A DNA stretch of 64,000 bases from assembly GCA_963745075.1 (NCBI GenBank), contig CAVUWV010000014.1, forward strand, positions 192,001 through 256,000, read 5' to 3'. This stretch comes from Candidatus Hydrogenedentota bacterium (GTDB taxonomy: Bacteria; Hydrogenedentota; Hydrogenedentia; Hydrogenedentales; SLHB01). Both the position numbers and the translations under genes were made by a program. The notes under the pieces are model-generated. The model saw only the letters and a list, made by a program, of their open reading frames with translations. It did no database searches and was not told the DNA's origin. Positions 38,969-48,707 of the stretch are shown one piece after another; within the stretch, counting starts at the first letter, position 1, and each line of letters starts with the position of its first letter.

Positions 38969-40363
38969 TTACGTGCGCTTCTTCGGCGGCGTGTGAATAC
39001 CCATGCCGAAGTAGTCTTCGGCAGCCTCCATCACGGCCTCGGCCAAGGTCGGGTGCGTATGTATCGTATGAGCGATCTCGGCCACCGTCGCTTCCATCTT
39101 CATGGCGACCGCGGCCGACGCGATCAACTCGCCCGCCTCGTGCCCCATGATATGGACGCCCAATACCTCGTCCGTCTTTGCGTCGCCCACGATCTTCACC
39201 ATGCCGTCCGTCTCACCAATGGCATGGGCTCGGCCAATGGCCATAAACGGGAAGCGACCCACCTTGATTTCAACACCGGTGGCCTTCGCCTGCTCTTCCG
39301 TCAATCCGACCCGCGCCACTTCGGGCGTCGTAAACGTGCACGCGGGCACCACGTGATAGTTCATCTTCGCGTCACCGCCCGTGGCGTTTTCCGCCGCCAC
39401 CAGGCCTTCCGCCGAACCGCCGTGTGCGAGCATGGTCTTCGCGGTCACGTCGCCAATGGCGTAGATCCCCTTCACATTCGTTTCCATGCGTTCATCCACC
39501 AGGATCTCGCCGCGTTGACCGACCTTCACGCCAAGCGACGCCGTCTTGGTGACTACGTCAGAATGAAATTTCCTTCCGATTCCGACCAGCACCAAATCCA
39601 CATCGATCGGGTCGGTCTTCTTGCCCTCGAACTCGACATGCACACCCTTTTTTGAAACATCGAGCTTGTTAACTTTCGTCTCGGTGCGCACATCGATCTT
39701 GCGCTTTTTGAAAATCTTCTCCAACCCCTGGGTCAATTCCGCGTCGTCCAGCGGCAACACCCGGGGCAGCATCTCCACGAGCGTAACCTCGACACCGAAG
39801 CCGTTCCACATGCTGGCGAATTCGGCCCCAATCGCGCCCGCGCCTATCACGAGGGCCCGCTTCGGCAGCTTATCGAGGTCCAAGGCTTCCGTGCTCGATA
39901 GGACGCGCTTGCCGTCGATCTCCATCCCCGGAATCTGTGCCGGCGAACTCCCCGTCGCCACGATGATCGCACGGGCCTTGACGGTCTCGTCACCGACGTG
40001 AATGGTTCCCGGCGCCGTGATCTGAGCCTCGCCCGCGATCACTTCAATCCCATTTGTCTTGAACAAGTTGCGAATTCCGGCCTTGTTCTTCTTGACGATG
40101 TCGTTTTTGCGCGCCACCAAGGCATTCAAATCGAGGCCGATATCCTTTACTTTCAGACCCAGGTCCGCCGCGTGCTGCATCTTGCGATACATGTCGGCGG
40201 TGTGAATCATCGTCTTGGTGGGAATGCAACCCCAGTTCAGACACACGCCCCCAAGCTCTTCCCGCTCGAGGACCAACACGTTGGCGCCCCGTTGCGCCGC
40301 CCGAATTGCGGCCACATACCCGCCAGGTCCGCTTCCGATAACTGCTACTTCACACTCCCGCAT
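38969..40363 (-). CDS. lpdA: dihydrolipoyl dehydrogenase (E3)
   Basis: GSGPGGYVAA, GGVCLNWGCIPTK redox disulfide, HPTLAE. Confidence 0.96.
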   Translation of the reverse strand: MRECEVAVIGSGPGGYVAAIRAAQRGANVLVLEREELGGVCLNWGCIPTKTMIHTADMYRKMQHAADLGLKVKDIGLDLNALVARKNDIVKKNKAGIRNLFKTNGIEVIAGEAQITAPGTIHVGDETVKARAIIVATGSSPAQIPGMEIDGKRVLSSTEALDLDKLPKRALVIGAGAIGAEFASMWNGFGVEVTLVEMLPRVLPLDDAELTQGLEKIFKKRKIDVRTETKVNKLDVSKKGVHVEFEGKKTDPIDVDLVLVGIGRKFHSDVVTKTASLGVKVGQRGEILVDERMETNVKGIYAIGDVTAKTMLAHGGSAEGLVAAENATGGDAKMNYHVVPACTFTTPEVARVGLTEEQAKATGVEIKVGRFPFMAIGRAHAIGETDGMVKIVGDAKTDEVLGVHIMGHEAGELIASAAVAMKMEATVAEIAHTIHTHPTLAEAVMEAAEDYFGMGIHTPPKKRT

Positions 40364-40418
40364 GTACTTCTCCGAACTGTCTGTGAGCAAATAGCCCGCC
40401 CAAAACGAAGCAAAGATT

Positions 40419-40576
40419 ACATCCCCCTTGATCCCCCTTCAAAGGGGAAACTCTCGCAACGCTTTGCGTTGCGTCAGGAACGGCGGCGCCTTGCAAATCA
40501 CGCTCTCTGTAAGAGATGGATCATATAGTCGAAGTCGAGCAAAATTCCCCCTTTGAAGGGGGACAAAGGGGGATGT
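40419..40576. mobile_element. REPIN/MITE-like inverted-repeat element, copy 3 (opposite orientation)
   Basis: ACATCCCCCTTGATCCCCCTTCAAAGGGGAA ... TCCCCCTTTGAAGGGGGACAAAGGGGGATGT. Confidence 0.8.
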
Positions 40577-40621
40577 CGCCTTCCGCCGTATTCTATACGC
40601 GCATCCCTCGTGGACTCGTAC

Positions 40622-41926
40622 TCAGAACCGCGCCGATTCCAGCACTTCCTTTAGCGTACCCATGAACTGGGCCGCCAACGCGCCGTCGATCACGCGGTGA
40701 TCGCTGGAAAGGGTCAACTTCATGATGGGCCGGACGTGGATACCGCCGTCGACGACAACGGGGCGATCCTTGATTTGCCCGACCGCCAGAATGGCGCTGT
40801 CCGGTTGGTTGATGATCGCCGTGAACTGGTCCACGCCGAAACCGCCTAGATTGGAAATGGTAAACGTGCTGCCCGCGTACTCGTCGGGGAGGAGTTTCCC
40901 GCTGCGTGCTTTCTCGGTGAGCGCCTTGCATGATCTCGACAGGTCATCCAGCGAAAGCCGCTGCACGTCCCGCACGACCGGGACCACGAGCCCTGTCGGC
41001 AGCGCCACGGCGAACCCGAGATTGATTTCGCCGACCTCTTCGACCGCATCTTCGAACCACCGCGCGTTCACCTGCGGCCATTGCAGCAACGCCAGCGCGG
41101 TCCCACGCATGACCAAGTCGTTGTAGGAAAGCTTCGTCGGGTATTCCGATCGAAACTTCGCCGCCGCGGCCATGTCGACTTCGACGGTGACGTAATAGTG
41201 CGGCGCGCTGAACTTGCTCTCGCTCATCCGCTTCGCGATGATCCGGCGCATGGGGGAGAGGGGAACCCGTTTCGTTGCGCCCGCCGCCCGCGCGGGTGTT
41301 GCGCCCTCGATGTCTTCCTTCGTGATCTTACCGCCGGGGCCGCTGCCCGTGACGCGGGAGATATCGATGCCCTTGATTTCAGCCAGCCGTTTCGCCGTGG
41401 GCGTTATCTTGATGTTCGCGATGGACGCAGCATACGTCTCGACGTCGCCCTCCATGATCCGGCCGCCCACACCGGTTCCGGTTGCGAGCCGGGGATCGAC
41501 GTGCAAGGTCTCTGCACGACGCCGCGCCCGAGGGGAAACCGGGGATTCGGATACGGAAGCGGGCGCGACAACAGCGACAGACGTAGCCGCCGCCGGTTCG
41601 GCTGCGGACGCGGGCGCCTCTTCTACCGGGGCTTCCGGCACAGATTCCGGAGCACCAACCTTGTATTGGTCCAGGTCCGGGAGGGGCTCGTTGGACTCGC
41701 CCACCAGCGCGATGACGGTCATGACGGGGACCGTCACGTCTGGTTCCACCAATATTTTTCGCACCACGCCGGCGGCGGGCGATTCAAATTCGATTTCGGC
41801 CTTGTCAGTCTGAATGGACGCAAACGGCTCGCCCCGTTCGATCGCGTCGCCCTCCGATTTCAGCCACTGGACGATCGAGGCCTCTTCGACAGACTGCCCC
41901 AACTGGGGAAGTTTCACTTCTTGCAT
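40622..41926 (-). CDS. pdhC: 2-oxoacid dehydrogenase E2 acyltransferase (dihydrolipoamide acetyltransferase type)
   Basis: Lipoyl domain (TDKA), two E3-binding domains, STFTISNLG, DHRVIDG; substrate specificity not certain. Confidence 0.88.
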   Translation of the reverse strand: MQEVKLPQLGQSVEEASIVQWLKSEGDAIERGEPFASIQTDKAEIEFESPAAGVVRKILVEPDVTVPVMTVIALVGESNEPLPDLDQYKVGAPESVPEAPVEEAPASAAEPAAATSVAVVAPASVSESPVSPRARRRAETLHVDPRLATGTGVGGRIMEGDVETYAASIANIKITPTAKRLAEIKGIDISRVTGSGPGGKITKEDIEGATPARAAGATKRVPLSPMRRIIAKRMSESKFSAPHYYVTVEVDMAAAAKFRSEYPTKLSYNDLVMRGTALALLQWPQVNARWFEDAVEEVGEINLGFAVALPTGLVVPVVRDVQRLSLDDLSRSCKALTEKARSGKLLPDEYAGSTFTISNLGGFGVDQFTAIINQPDSAILAVGQIKDRPVVVDGGIHVRPIMKLTLSSDHRVIDGALAAQFMGTLKEVLESARF

Positions 41927-41934
41927 AACGGTTC

Positions 41935-43116
41935 CTACTGAATCCAGCCTTCAGCGCGAAGGCGTTCCATTCCGGTTTGAATGAGGCTGGCCAGACGCGA
42001 ACCCGGCGCAATCTGACAGACTTCCGCGAGGACCCCCTCCAGCCCCCGCTCGGCGTAAATCCTTTGAACGGACTGGGCTGCCGGGTCATCGGGATGATCG
42101 TACCGGATTGCGGCCGCCGCTGCAAACGCCAACCCGGCAGGCTCGACATCCTGCTCCAGGCACATCGAGGCCGCGCCAATGAGCCGGTCGCGGGGCCCGA
42201 GCTTTCGGATGGGGTCCTTGGCAACCCGGGCGACCTGGTCGCCGAGGGCCCGGTTCGCGAACCGTCTTAACAGGTCGTCAATATGGGCTTGAAGCGCAGC
42301 CGGCTCCATTCCGTGCTTCGCGACCAGACCCGCCTTGGATTCCGCCAGTGCTTCTCCGACCTTCGCCCGAACCTCCGAGTCGCCCACGGCTTGCCAGATA
42401 TACTCGTGGCCCCGGAGATAGCCGAGGTAGGCGGTCGTCCCGTGTCCGGCGTTGTGTACGAACAACTTCCGCTCGACATAGGCCCCAAAGTTCTCCCGTG
42501 GCTCCATATTCTTCAGCGGGGGTATGGGCCCGACAAACCCGGCTCCGTCCACCGGCAGCTCACAATACTCCTCCACGCAAATGAGCAACGGGTCTTCGGC
42601 CCGGACCGCGTCAGTCATCACCGGGACCATCCGGCCAATACTGGCCTCCACGAATCCAACCTTCTGGTCCAGCGCGACGTGGAACGCGGGGGAGAGGTGC
42701 TCGCGAACCTTCTCCCGCAGGTACGGTCCCGCATCAATCATGTTCTCGCACACGATGATGTTCAGTGGCGCGGCATCGCCTTGGGAATACCGCCGCTCGA
42801 TTCCCGCGGCCAACAACGGCGCGACCTTGGGTAGAACCGGCACGCCCACGGCCGTTGCGCCAAAGTCGGCTTCCGAGACAGCCTTGGCCACAGCCTCCTG
42901 GTCGTCCGCGAGTACGGCGGCCACATTTTCAATAGTTAACGTGTATGTATTGTCGTCCACGATGCGCAGGGGATAGGCCCCCCGGGCATTCAACTGGTCG
43001 ATCAGGTCCGGCATGACGTCGACGAAGGTCGTTCCATAGCCGGTCTCGAAAAAAAGCTGCCCCAGAAAACCCCGGCCGATGTTGCCCGCACCAAACTGAA
43101 TTGCATTCCGCGCCAT
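41935..43116 (-). CDS. mtlD: mannitol-1-phosphate 5-dehydrogenase family
   Basis: FGAGNIGRGF, TAVG, CENM, YVERKLFVHNAGH, RFAN..DQVARV..DPIRKL..DRL. Confidence 0.85.
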   Translation of the reverse strand: MARNAIQFGAGNIGRGFLGQLFFETGYGTTFVDVMPDLIDQLNARGAYPLRIVDDNTYTLTIENVAAVLADDQEAVAKAVSEADFGATAVGVPVLPKVAPLLAAGIERRYSQGDAAPLNIIVCENMIDAGPYLREKVREHLSPAFHVALDQKVGFVEASIGRMVPVMTDAVRAEDPLLICVEEYCELPVDGAGFVGPIPPLKNMEPRENFGAYVERKLFVHNAGHGTTAYLGYLRGHEYIWQAVGDSEVRAKVGEALAESKAGLVAKHGMEPAALQAHIDDLLRRFANRALGDQVARVAKDPIRKLGPRDRLIGAASMCLEQDVEPAGLAFAAAAAIRYDHPDDPAAQSVQRIYAERGLEGVLAEVCQIAPGSRLASLIQTGMERLRAEGWIQ

Positions 43117-43118
43117 CC

Positions 43119-43916
43119 TCAATGAGCCCCCTTCATTGCCAAGTCACTTAGCGCGTCGTGCAGGATTCCGTTACTCCCCAAAACGCCGTTGCCCCCATCA
43201 AACAGGTTCAGCGGCGAACCGTCCAGCCGCGTCACTTTCCCGCCCGCTTCTTCAAGGATGATCATGCTGGCCGCGAAGTCCCACGGATTCAGCGTTACGT
43301 GCACGTAGGCGTCCATATCGCCCGTTGCCACGGAACAAAGGCCGATCACCGCCGCACAATGGCAGCGCACCTGTCCAACCGTCTCAATGAACGGCCCGAA
43401 CTGGCGCAGCGTCGCCGCCCGGTCGACCATCCCCGCAAAATCGACTTCCGCACGTGCGCGGGACACCTCGTCGACGGCCGACACGTGGATACGTTCCCCA
43501 TTGCGAAACGCGCCGCTTCCTTTTTCCGCCAGGAACAATTGTCCGATTCCCGGAACCGCAACGCCGCCCGCGACCGGGAGTCCACCCACGGCAAGCCCCA
43601 GCGAGATTCCGTAGCTGGGAAACAGTCCCCGCACAAAGTTCTGCGTTCCATCGATGGGATCGATGACCCACGCCCGCTTCTCCGCACCGGTCGGGAAATC
43701 CGTCATCCCGTTTTCCTCACCAACAATCGCGTCCCCGGGAAAGGTCTGCTCGATACGGCGTTGAATCTCTTCCTGCACCGCGAGATCGACTTCCGTCACC
43801 AGATCGTTGGGTTCCGCCTTGTGCGTCATCGAAACCGATTCCCGCATGGCGTATTTCTGTCGCACAAACACGGCGAGGTCGTCGAGGGTGTGTTGTATGA
43901 ATTCGATATCCGTCAT
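43119..43916 (-). CDS. inositol monophosphatase family protein
   Basis: DLVTEVD, GEE, WVIDPIDGTQNF, PWDFAA..EEAGG. Confidence 0.92.
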   Translation of the reverse strand: MTDIEFIQHTLDDLAVFVRQKYAMRESVSMTHKAEPNDLVTEVDLAVQEEIQRRIEQTFPGDAIVGEENGMTDFPTGAEKRAWVIDPIDGTQNFVRGLFPSYGISLGLAVGGLPVAGGVAVPGIGQLFLAEKGSGAFRNGERIHVSAVDEVSRARAEVDFAGMVDRAATLRQFGPFIETVGQVRCHCAAVIGLCSVATGDMDAYVHVTLNPWDFAASMIILEEAGGKVTRLDGSPLNLFDGGNGVLGSNGILHDALSDLAMKGAH

Positions 43917-43937
43917 GTGTTCTCCCGCTCTCTTCGA

Positions 43938-44112
43938 CGTAATCGTAATCGTGCTACTCTGAAAATCGCCATTCAGAATCGGCACGTTACGGACACCCCA
44001 TCTTCATCATCTCAGGGCGAAAGGCCCTTTCATGACGACTCGTAATCGTAAACGAATGACGAGATCCGAGCTTTTTTGCAGATTAGATGTCCTGGCCGTG
44101 CGGATTACGATT
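43938..44112. repeat. degenerate hexamer repeats (CGTAAT / ATTACG)
   Basis: cgtaatcgtaatcgt (43938), ctcgtaatcgtaaacg (44039) and inverted gattacgatt (44103). Confidence 0.5.
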
Positions 44113-44136
44113 CTGGAGGCCACCCGGTATTCCGTA

Positions 44137-45129
44137 TTACCCCTTCAGCCCCGTCAAGGTAATCCCTTGGATGAACGTGCGCTGTGTCAAAAAGAACAGC
44201 ACGACAATCGGCAACGTGATCACCGTGGACATCGCCATCAACGGGCCCCACAGGCTCTCGTGCTGACTCTGGAACTGCTGCAACGCGAGCGCCAGCGTAT
44301 ATTGCCGGTCGTCTTGCAGGAAAACAAGGGGATCGAGAAAGTCACCCCATTGAAACAGAAACATGAACAGCGCCGTCGTAGCCAGCGCGGGTTTCGCCAG
44401 GGGCATGATGATGCGCGAATAGATCCCGAATTCGGAACACCCGTCGATGCGTGCCGCGGCGCTGAGATCTTGGGGAATTCCCATGAAGAACTGCCGAAGC
44501 AAGAAGATATAGAACGGCGTGCCCAGAAAAGCCGGAAAGATCAGCGGCTTGAACGTTCCCGTCCACCCGAAATTCTTGTACATGACAAACAACGGGATCA
44601 GCATGACCTGGTACGGCAGCATCATCGTCGCGAGCACGAGGACGAAGCAGAACTCCCGCCCCGGCCATTCAATGCGCGAGAAGCTATAGGCCACGAGCGA
44701 ACAGGAAAGCAGCGTTCCGATGACCGTCGTAAAACAGATGAAGAGGGTGTTTCGAAGGTTGCGGGGAAAATCGATAATTCGAAACGCCTCCGCATAGTTT
44801 CCCCAATGGAGCCCGATGTGCTTTTGGCTCTCAAAGTCGCCCGGCGCGACCCGCACCCGTTGCCCGTTGAGATCGAGCGTATAGAATCCGTCTTCGTCGC
44901 GTCCCAGATTCGCGGCGGTTTGGCCGCGGTAGGTAACCAAGGGTCGTCCTTGGGCGTCCAGCCGGTCCGTTCTCGGAATCCATTCCGGCGGTTCCCCGGG
45001 CTTCGAAAAGATTTGCGATTCGTGCTTGAGCGAGGTGGACACCATCCACACAAACGGCGCCAGGAACAGCAGCGACGCGGCGATAAGCACACCGTGGGCC
45101 ACCAACCGGTTGATCAAACTAGTCTGCAT
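44137..45129 (-). CDS. carbohydrate ABC transporter permease (MalG-like)
   Basis: FLLRQFFMGIPQDLSAAARIDG EAA loop; ends GITLTGLKG. Confidence 0.93.
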   Translation of the reverse strand: MQTSLINRLVAHGVLIAASLLFLAPFVWMVSTSLKHESQIFSKPGEPPEWIPRTDRLDAQGRPLVTYRGQTAANLGRDEDGFYTLDLNGQRVRVAPGDFESQKHIGLHWGNYAEAFRIIDFPRNLRNTLFICFTTVIGTLLSCSLVAYSFSRIEWPGREFCFVLVLATMMLPYQVMLIPLFVMYKNFGWTGTFKPLIFPAFLGTPFYIFLLRQFFMGIPQDLSAAARIDGCSEFGIYSRIIMPLAKPALATTALFMFLFQWGDFLDPLVFLQDDRQYTLALALQQFQSQHESLWGPLMAMSTVITLPIVVLFFLTQRTFIQGITLTGLKG

Positions 45130-46012
45130 GATAATGCACCCACCGTTTAGACGATATCATCACGCCAATCGTGGCGGCCAGGATCACGGCAAACATGATC
45201 AGCGCCATGGCGGACCCATAGCCCATGTTCAGGTAATAAAACGAATTTCGATAGAGGTACAACGCGTAGAACATGGTCGAGTCCACGGGCTCGCCCTTGC
45301 CGTTGGTCATCACGTAAACCTGCGTGAAGTACTGAAATGAATTGATCAATCCGATCACGAGATTAAACAGGATCACCGGCGTGATCATGGGCAACGTAAC
45401 GTTGCGGAACTTCCGAAACGGCCCCGCGCCATCAATGTCGGCCACTTCATACAACGTCTGCGGCACATCGGCCAGTCCGGCAAGAAAGATCACCATGGGT
45501 CCGCCTACGCTCCAGAAGCTCATGAGGATCAGCGCCGGTTTCGACCAATTCTCGTCCGCCATCCACCCCGGGCCTTGCACGCCGAACACGGCTTCGATGG
45601 TCGTGTTCAACAAACCGTTCTGCGCGTTCAGCACCCACAACCACAGTACCGATGATGCAACGATCGGCACGATGGTGGGCAGGAAGAAGACCGTGCGATA
45701 GATCGCCTGACCGCGAACCTTCAGACTCAACAGTATCGCGAGTCCCAAGGCGAGGGCCAACCCGAGCGGAACGGAAAAAACGGTGAAGTACAACGTGTTG
45801 TAGAGGGATTTCCAGAATCGCGGGTCTTCAAAGAACAACCGCTGATAGTTTTCCAGACCGACCCACATCGGAGGACGAATGACGTTGTACCGTTGAAAAC
45901 TGTACTTGATCGTCATCACCAGCGGGTAAACGTAGATTATGAAGAACCCGAATACAAACGGCGAACCAAACAAAAGTGCGTTTCGCATATTGCGGCGTTC
46001 GACGCGCGTCAT
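45119..46012 (-). CDS. carbohydrate ABC transporter permease (MalF-like)
   Basis: WVGLENY, LAGLADVPQTLYEVADIDGA EAA loop. Confidence 0.93.
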   Translation of the reverse strand: MTRVERRNMRNALLFGSPFVFGFFIIYVYPLVMTIKYSFQRYNVIRPPMWVGLENYQRLFFEDPRFWKSLYNTLYFTVFSVPLGLALALGLAILLSLKVRGQAIYRTVFFLPTIVPIVASSVLWLWVLNAQNGLLNTTIEAVFGVQGPGWMADENWSKPALILMSFWSVGGPMVIFLAGLADVPQTLYEVADIDGAGPFRKFRNVTLPMITPVILFNLVIGLINSFQYFTQVYVMTNGKGEPVDSTMFYALYLYRNSFYYLNMGYGSAMALIMFAVILAATIGVMISSKRWVHYHAD

Positions 46013-47454
46013 GGCCTCACCTTTGAGACGTACGGATCGTCCTCGATCGCTTCGTTGGACAACGTCTGTATGTCCTGGGCCGCCTGTTCCGGAGTCTTCT
46101 CGTACCGGATCACGTACTCCCGGTTGTTGGACACCTGGTCCAAGAAGTATTGCGACACCGGAGATACCGGATCCTGGATGACATTGCGGTCCAGCAAATT
46201 CTCCACAAAGACGCGGAATTTCGGGTTGCTCGTGAACCGTTCGTCCATGGCCTCCGCCCGGCGTGGTGGGATATTGTGGATCGCCAGGTTGTAATCGCTG
46301 GCCGGCGACGTGCCCCCGTTCGGGCGTGGCCGATAAAACCAGCGCAGGAACTTCAATGCTTCCTCGCGATGGCGCGCGCCCGTCGGCACCGCGTCGGCAA
46401 TGCAGGAAGGACCGTATGCCAGCGGTTCGACTCCCTCGGGCTGCGGAATCGGAACGACACCCCAGTCCAGGTCGGGTGCGTACTTTTCGGTGAACGTCAC
46501 CTGCCATTCGCCTTCCGCAAGCATGGCGACTTTACCTGTGTAGAACGGATTGTTGGAACTCTGATACGCACCCATCCGTTCGAAGGATTGCGTCCGTGCG
46601 GGATCGATTGCGACGGGGAGTTGTTCCGTCGTGTTGGGGTTGGTGGCGAAACGCTGTTGCCATGCGAAGGACGCGATGATACCGGGATCGCCGGCGCAGG
46701 TGGCTTCTCCCGTTGCCGGGTCGCACCACTTTCCTCCAAACAATCCGCCCCACATATAGGTCAGGTCCCAGGGGAACCACGGCACGAATCCGAACTGCTC
46801 GATACCCACATCATTGCGAATCGTCAGTTTCGCGGCATATTCCTCGAGTTCCTTCAAATTCCGGGGTGGGCGATCCGGGTCGAGCCCCGCCTTTCGAAAA
46901 CAGTCCTTGTTCCAAAGCAGACAATAGGTGTCGGTCGTGGTCGGAATGCCCCAGACATCCTCGCGCCAGTCCTGGCTCGATGCGTCGAATCCGCGGAAGT
47001 GAACCATCTTCCACGTATGCGCCATGAACTTGTCTTCCTGGAGTTCCGGCTCGGTTTCGATCAGATCGCCGAGCGGACTGAAACAGCCCTGTGAGGCCAA
47101 CTGGGCGAGAATGACGGTGTCGATGCTGCAAATGTCGGGGGGGCTGCCCGCCGCGATGCAGGTAAGCATCTTCTCCATGAGCACGTTGATGCCGATGGGA
47201 AGGGCGCGCACGTATACGCCGTCTTTCACGCCCTGGGTGCGATTGTATTCGTCCATCAGGTCGACGCGGGCACGATGCTCATGTCCGGAGTGGCGGTCCC
47301 AGTAAAGCACGACCGTGCGACCCTGCGCGATCGCTTCCCGTTCCGCAGGCGAGCCGGCTGGCGTGGGCCAAAGGAGGACACACGCCGCGAGGCACAGGAG
47401 TCCGGCAAGGGCCCATCCCGCATACGCTCGTACCACCGGCGATACTCCTCCCAT
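46009..47454 (-). CDS. sugar ABC transporter solute-binding protein
   Basis: N-terminal anchor, AAGSPPDI, LLWNKDCFRKAGLDP..PP, FYTGKVAM..GEW; start uncertain. Confidence 0.88.
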   Translation of the reverse strand: MGGVSPVVRAYAGWALAGLLCLAACVLLWPTPAGSPAEREAIAQGRTVVLYWDRHSGHEHRARVDLMDEYNRTQGVKDGVYVRALPIGINVLMEKMLTCIAAGSPPDICSIDTVILAQLASQGCFSPLGDLIETEPELQEDKFMAHTWKMVHFRGFDASSQDWREDVWGIPTTTDTYCLLWNKDCFRKAGLDPDRPPRNLKELEEYAAKLTIRNDVGIEQFGFVPWFPWDLTYMWGGLFGGKWCDPATGEATCAGDPGIIASFAWQQRFATNPNTTEQLPVAIDPARTQSFERMGAYQSSNNPFYTGKVAMLAEGEWQVTFTEKYAPDLDWGVVPIPQPEGVEPLAYGPSCIADAVPTGARHREEALKFLRWFYRPRPNGGTSPASDYNLAIHNIPPRRAEAMDERFTSNPKFRVFVENLLDRNVIQDPVSPVSQYFLDQVSNNREYVIRYEKTPEQAAQDIQTLSNEAIEDDPYVSKVRP

Positions 47455-47724
47455 ACATTTCAAATCGCGCTGCGTGTCGATTCGGGAACTATATAACTAG
47501 GCTTATGCTCGCGTCGAATTGCCTCGACCAAAACGCGGGATACACAGCAACGACACCAAGCAATCGCGCGACATTATGGGATCGAAGCGGGTGTCTTTTC
47601 CAGAACCGCCCCGTTTCCATACGCCTGACCCTTGGCCGGCGAGCTTTCAGACCCCGGGCCGTATGGAAAGCGTTAAGGCCCACAAGGACTTATCGAACGA
47701 AAATGCGGACTAGAATACTGGTAC

Positions 47725-47753
47725 TTGACAGCCGGGGCCAGTCGGCATACAAT
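47725..47753 (+). promoter_or_regulatory. near-consensus sigma70 promoter
   Basis: TTGACA-N17-TACAAT. Confidence 0.75.
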
Positions 47754-47759
47754 CATATC

Positions 47760-47869
47760 CAATGCGCGGGCGGTACCGGGAGCGGTTCGTCCTCTCACCG
47801 TTAGGTGCGTGGTCCGGCACCTAATGGATGGGTGTTCGGGTGGGTCTACCACTACCCCTTGTGTTTTTT
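47760..47869 (+). ncRNA. candidate small RNA or attenuated leader (unassigned)
   Basis: Begins just after the promoter; 11-bp hairpin 47798-47827; a second hairpin is followed by T6. Confidence 0.35.
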
Positions 47870-48104
47870 GGAAATAGTTGGTAACATAAGCCCGAAGACT
47901 GGGTAATGTGTACAGGCTGATGGCGAGGCCGAAAGCCGGAGTGTAGCACCGGTGGTTCCCACAAGAAGTAGGGGTGGGAGTGGGTCGCGTATACCATTAG
48001 CAGTGCAACTGGGGTGCTTGCATTTGAAAGCTACCCTAGAGTATGATGAGGTTGTTCAGAAACTGAACGAAGTTGTGTAGGGTGCAGAAAAGGAGGAAAC
48101 GCAC

Positions 48105-48518
48105 ATGTCACCAAAGGTTCGTCGATTTGCCACGTTGGCCCTTTTGGCCGGTGTAGCGCTGCCATTGATGGTAGGCTGCCCAGCTCTCTTGAATGCGTTC
48201 ATCAAGCTGAAGATTTGCGTGAAGAACGATACCTTCCTGAACCTCGATGAAGTTAACGTCGTGGATGCGGGTGCCCTCTCTTGGGGCGCAAACGATCTGC
48301 CGGACGGATCGGTCCTTCCGGGCGGGCAAGCGGTCATTCCGAACAACGCCCCGGGATTCTATGACGTTCGCGCGATCTTCGATGACAAGGAAGAGTGTGT
48401 CTCGAACTCGACCGTCGTGATGACGGATGTCGAGTTGGATACCACCAACCTTTGCATCACGTTCGACCAGTTGGTCGCCTGCGAGGACATCTATCCGACG
48501 GTGGAACGCGTTCTCTAA
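48105..48518 (+). CDS. hypothetical lipoprotein
   Basis: AAGGAGG RBS, lipobox LMVGC, Cys-containing beta-rich domain. Confidence 0.8.
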   Translation: MSPKVRRFATLALLAGVALPLMVGCPALLNAFIKLKICVKNDTFLNLDEVNVVDAGALSWGANDLPDGSVLPGGQAVIPNNAPGFYDVRAIFDDKEECVSNSTVVMTDVELDTTNLCITFDQLVACEDIYPTVERVL

Positions 48519-48565
48519 ACCGTAATCTCGCGTTTCGTCCCTAAGACGTGGAGATTGATTCTTCG

Positions 48566-48599
48566 GGCCTGTCTCATGGCAGGCCTTTTTTCTTTTTTT
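48566..48599 (+). terminator. Rho-independent terminator
   Basis: GGCCTGTC-tcat-GGCAGGCC followed by TTTTTTCTTTTTTT. Confidence 0.85.
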
Positions 48600-48707
48600 C
48601 GCCGCCTGCATTGGTTTGGCGTGTCACGAGTCTCCCCGCCCACGACCTCCGAAGTATGGGTTGCCACGGCACGTCAGCCTAAACTAAGATACCTCCGGGT
48701 TACTACG

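Noticed and set aside
47915..47940. Hammerhead ribozyme-like CTGATG...CGAAA
   Set aside because: The core reads CTGATGG rather than CTGANGA, and stems II and III cannot be formed convincingly
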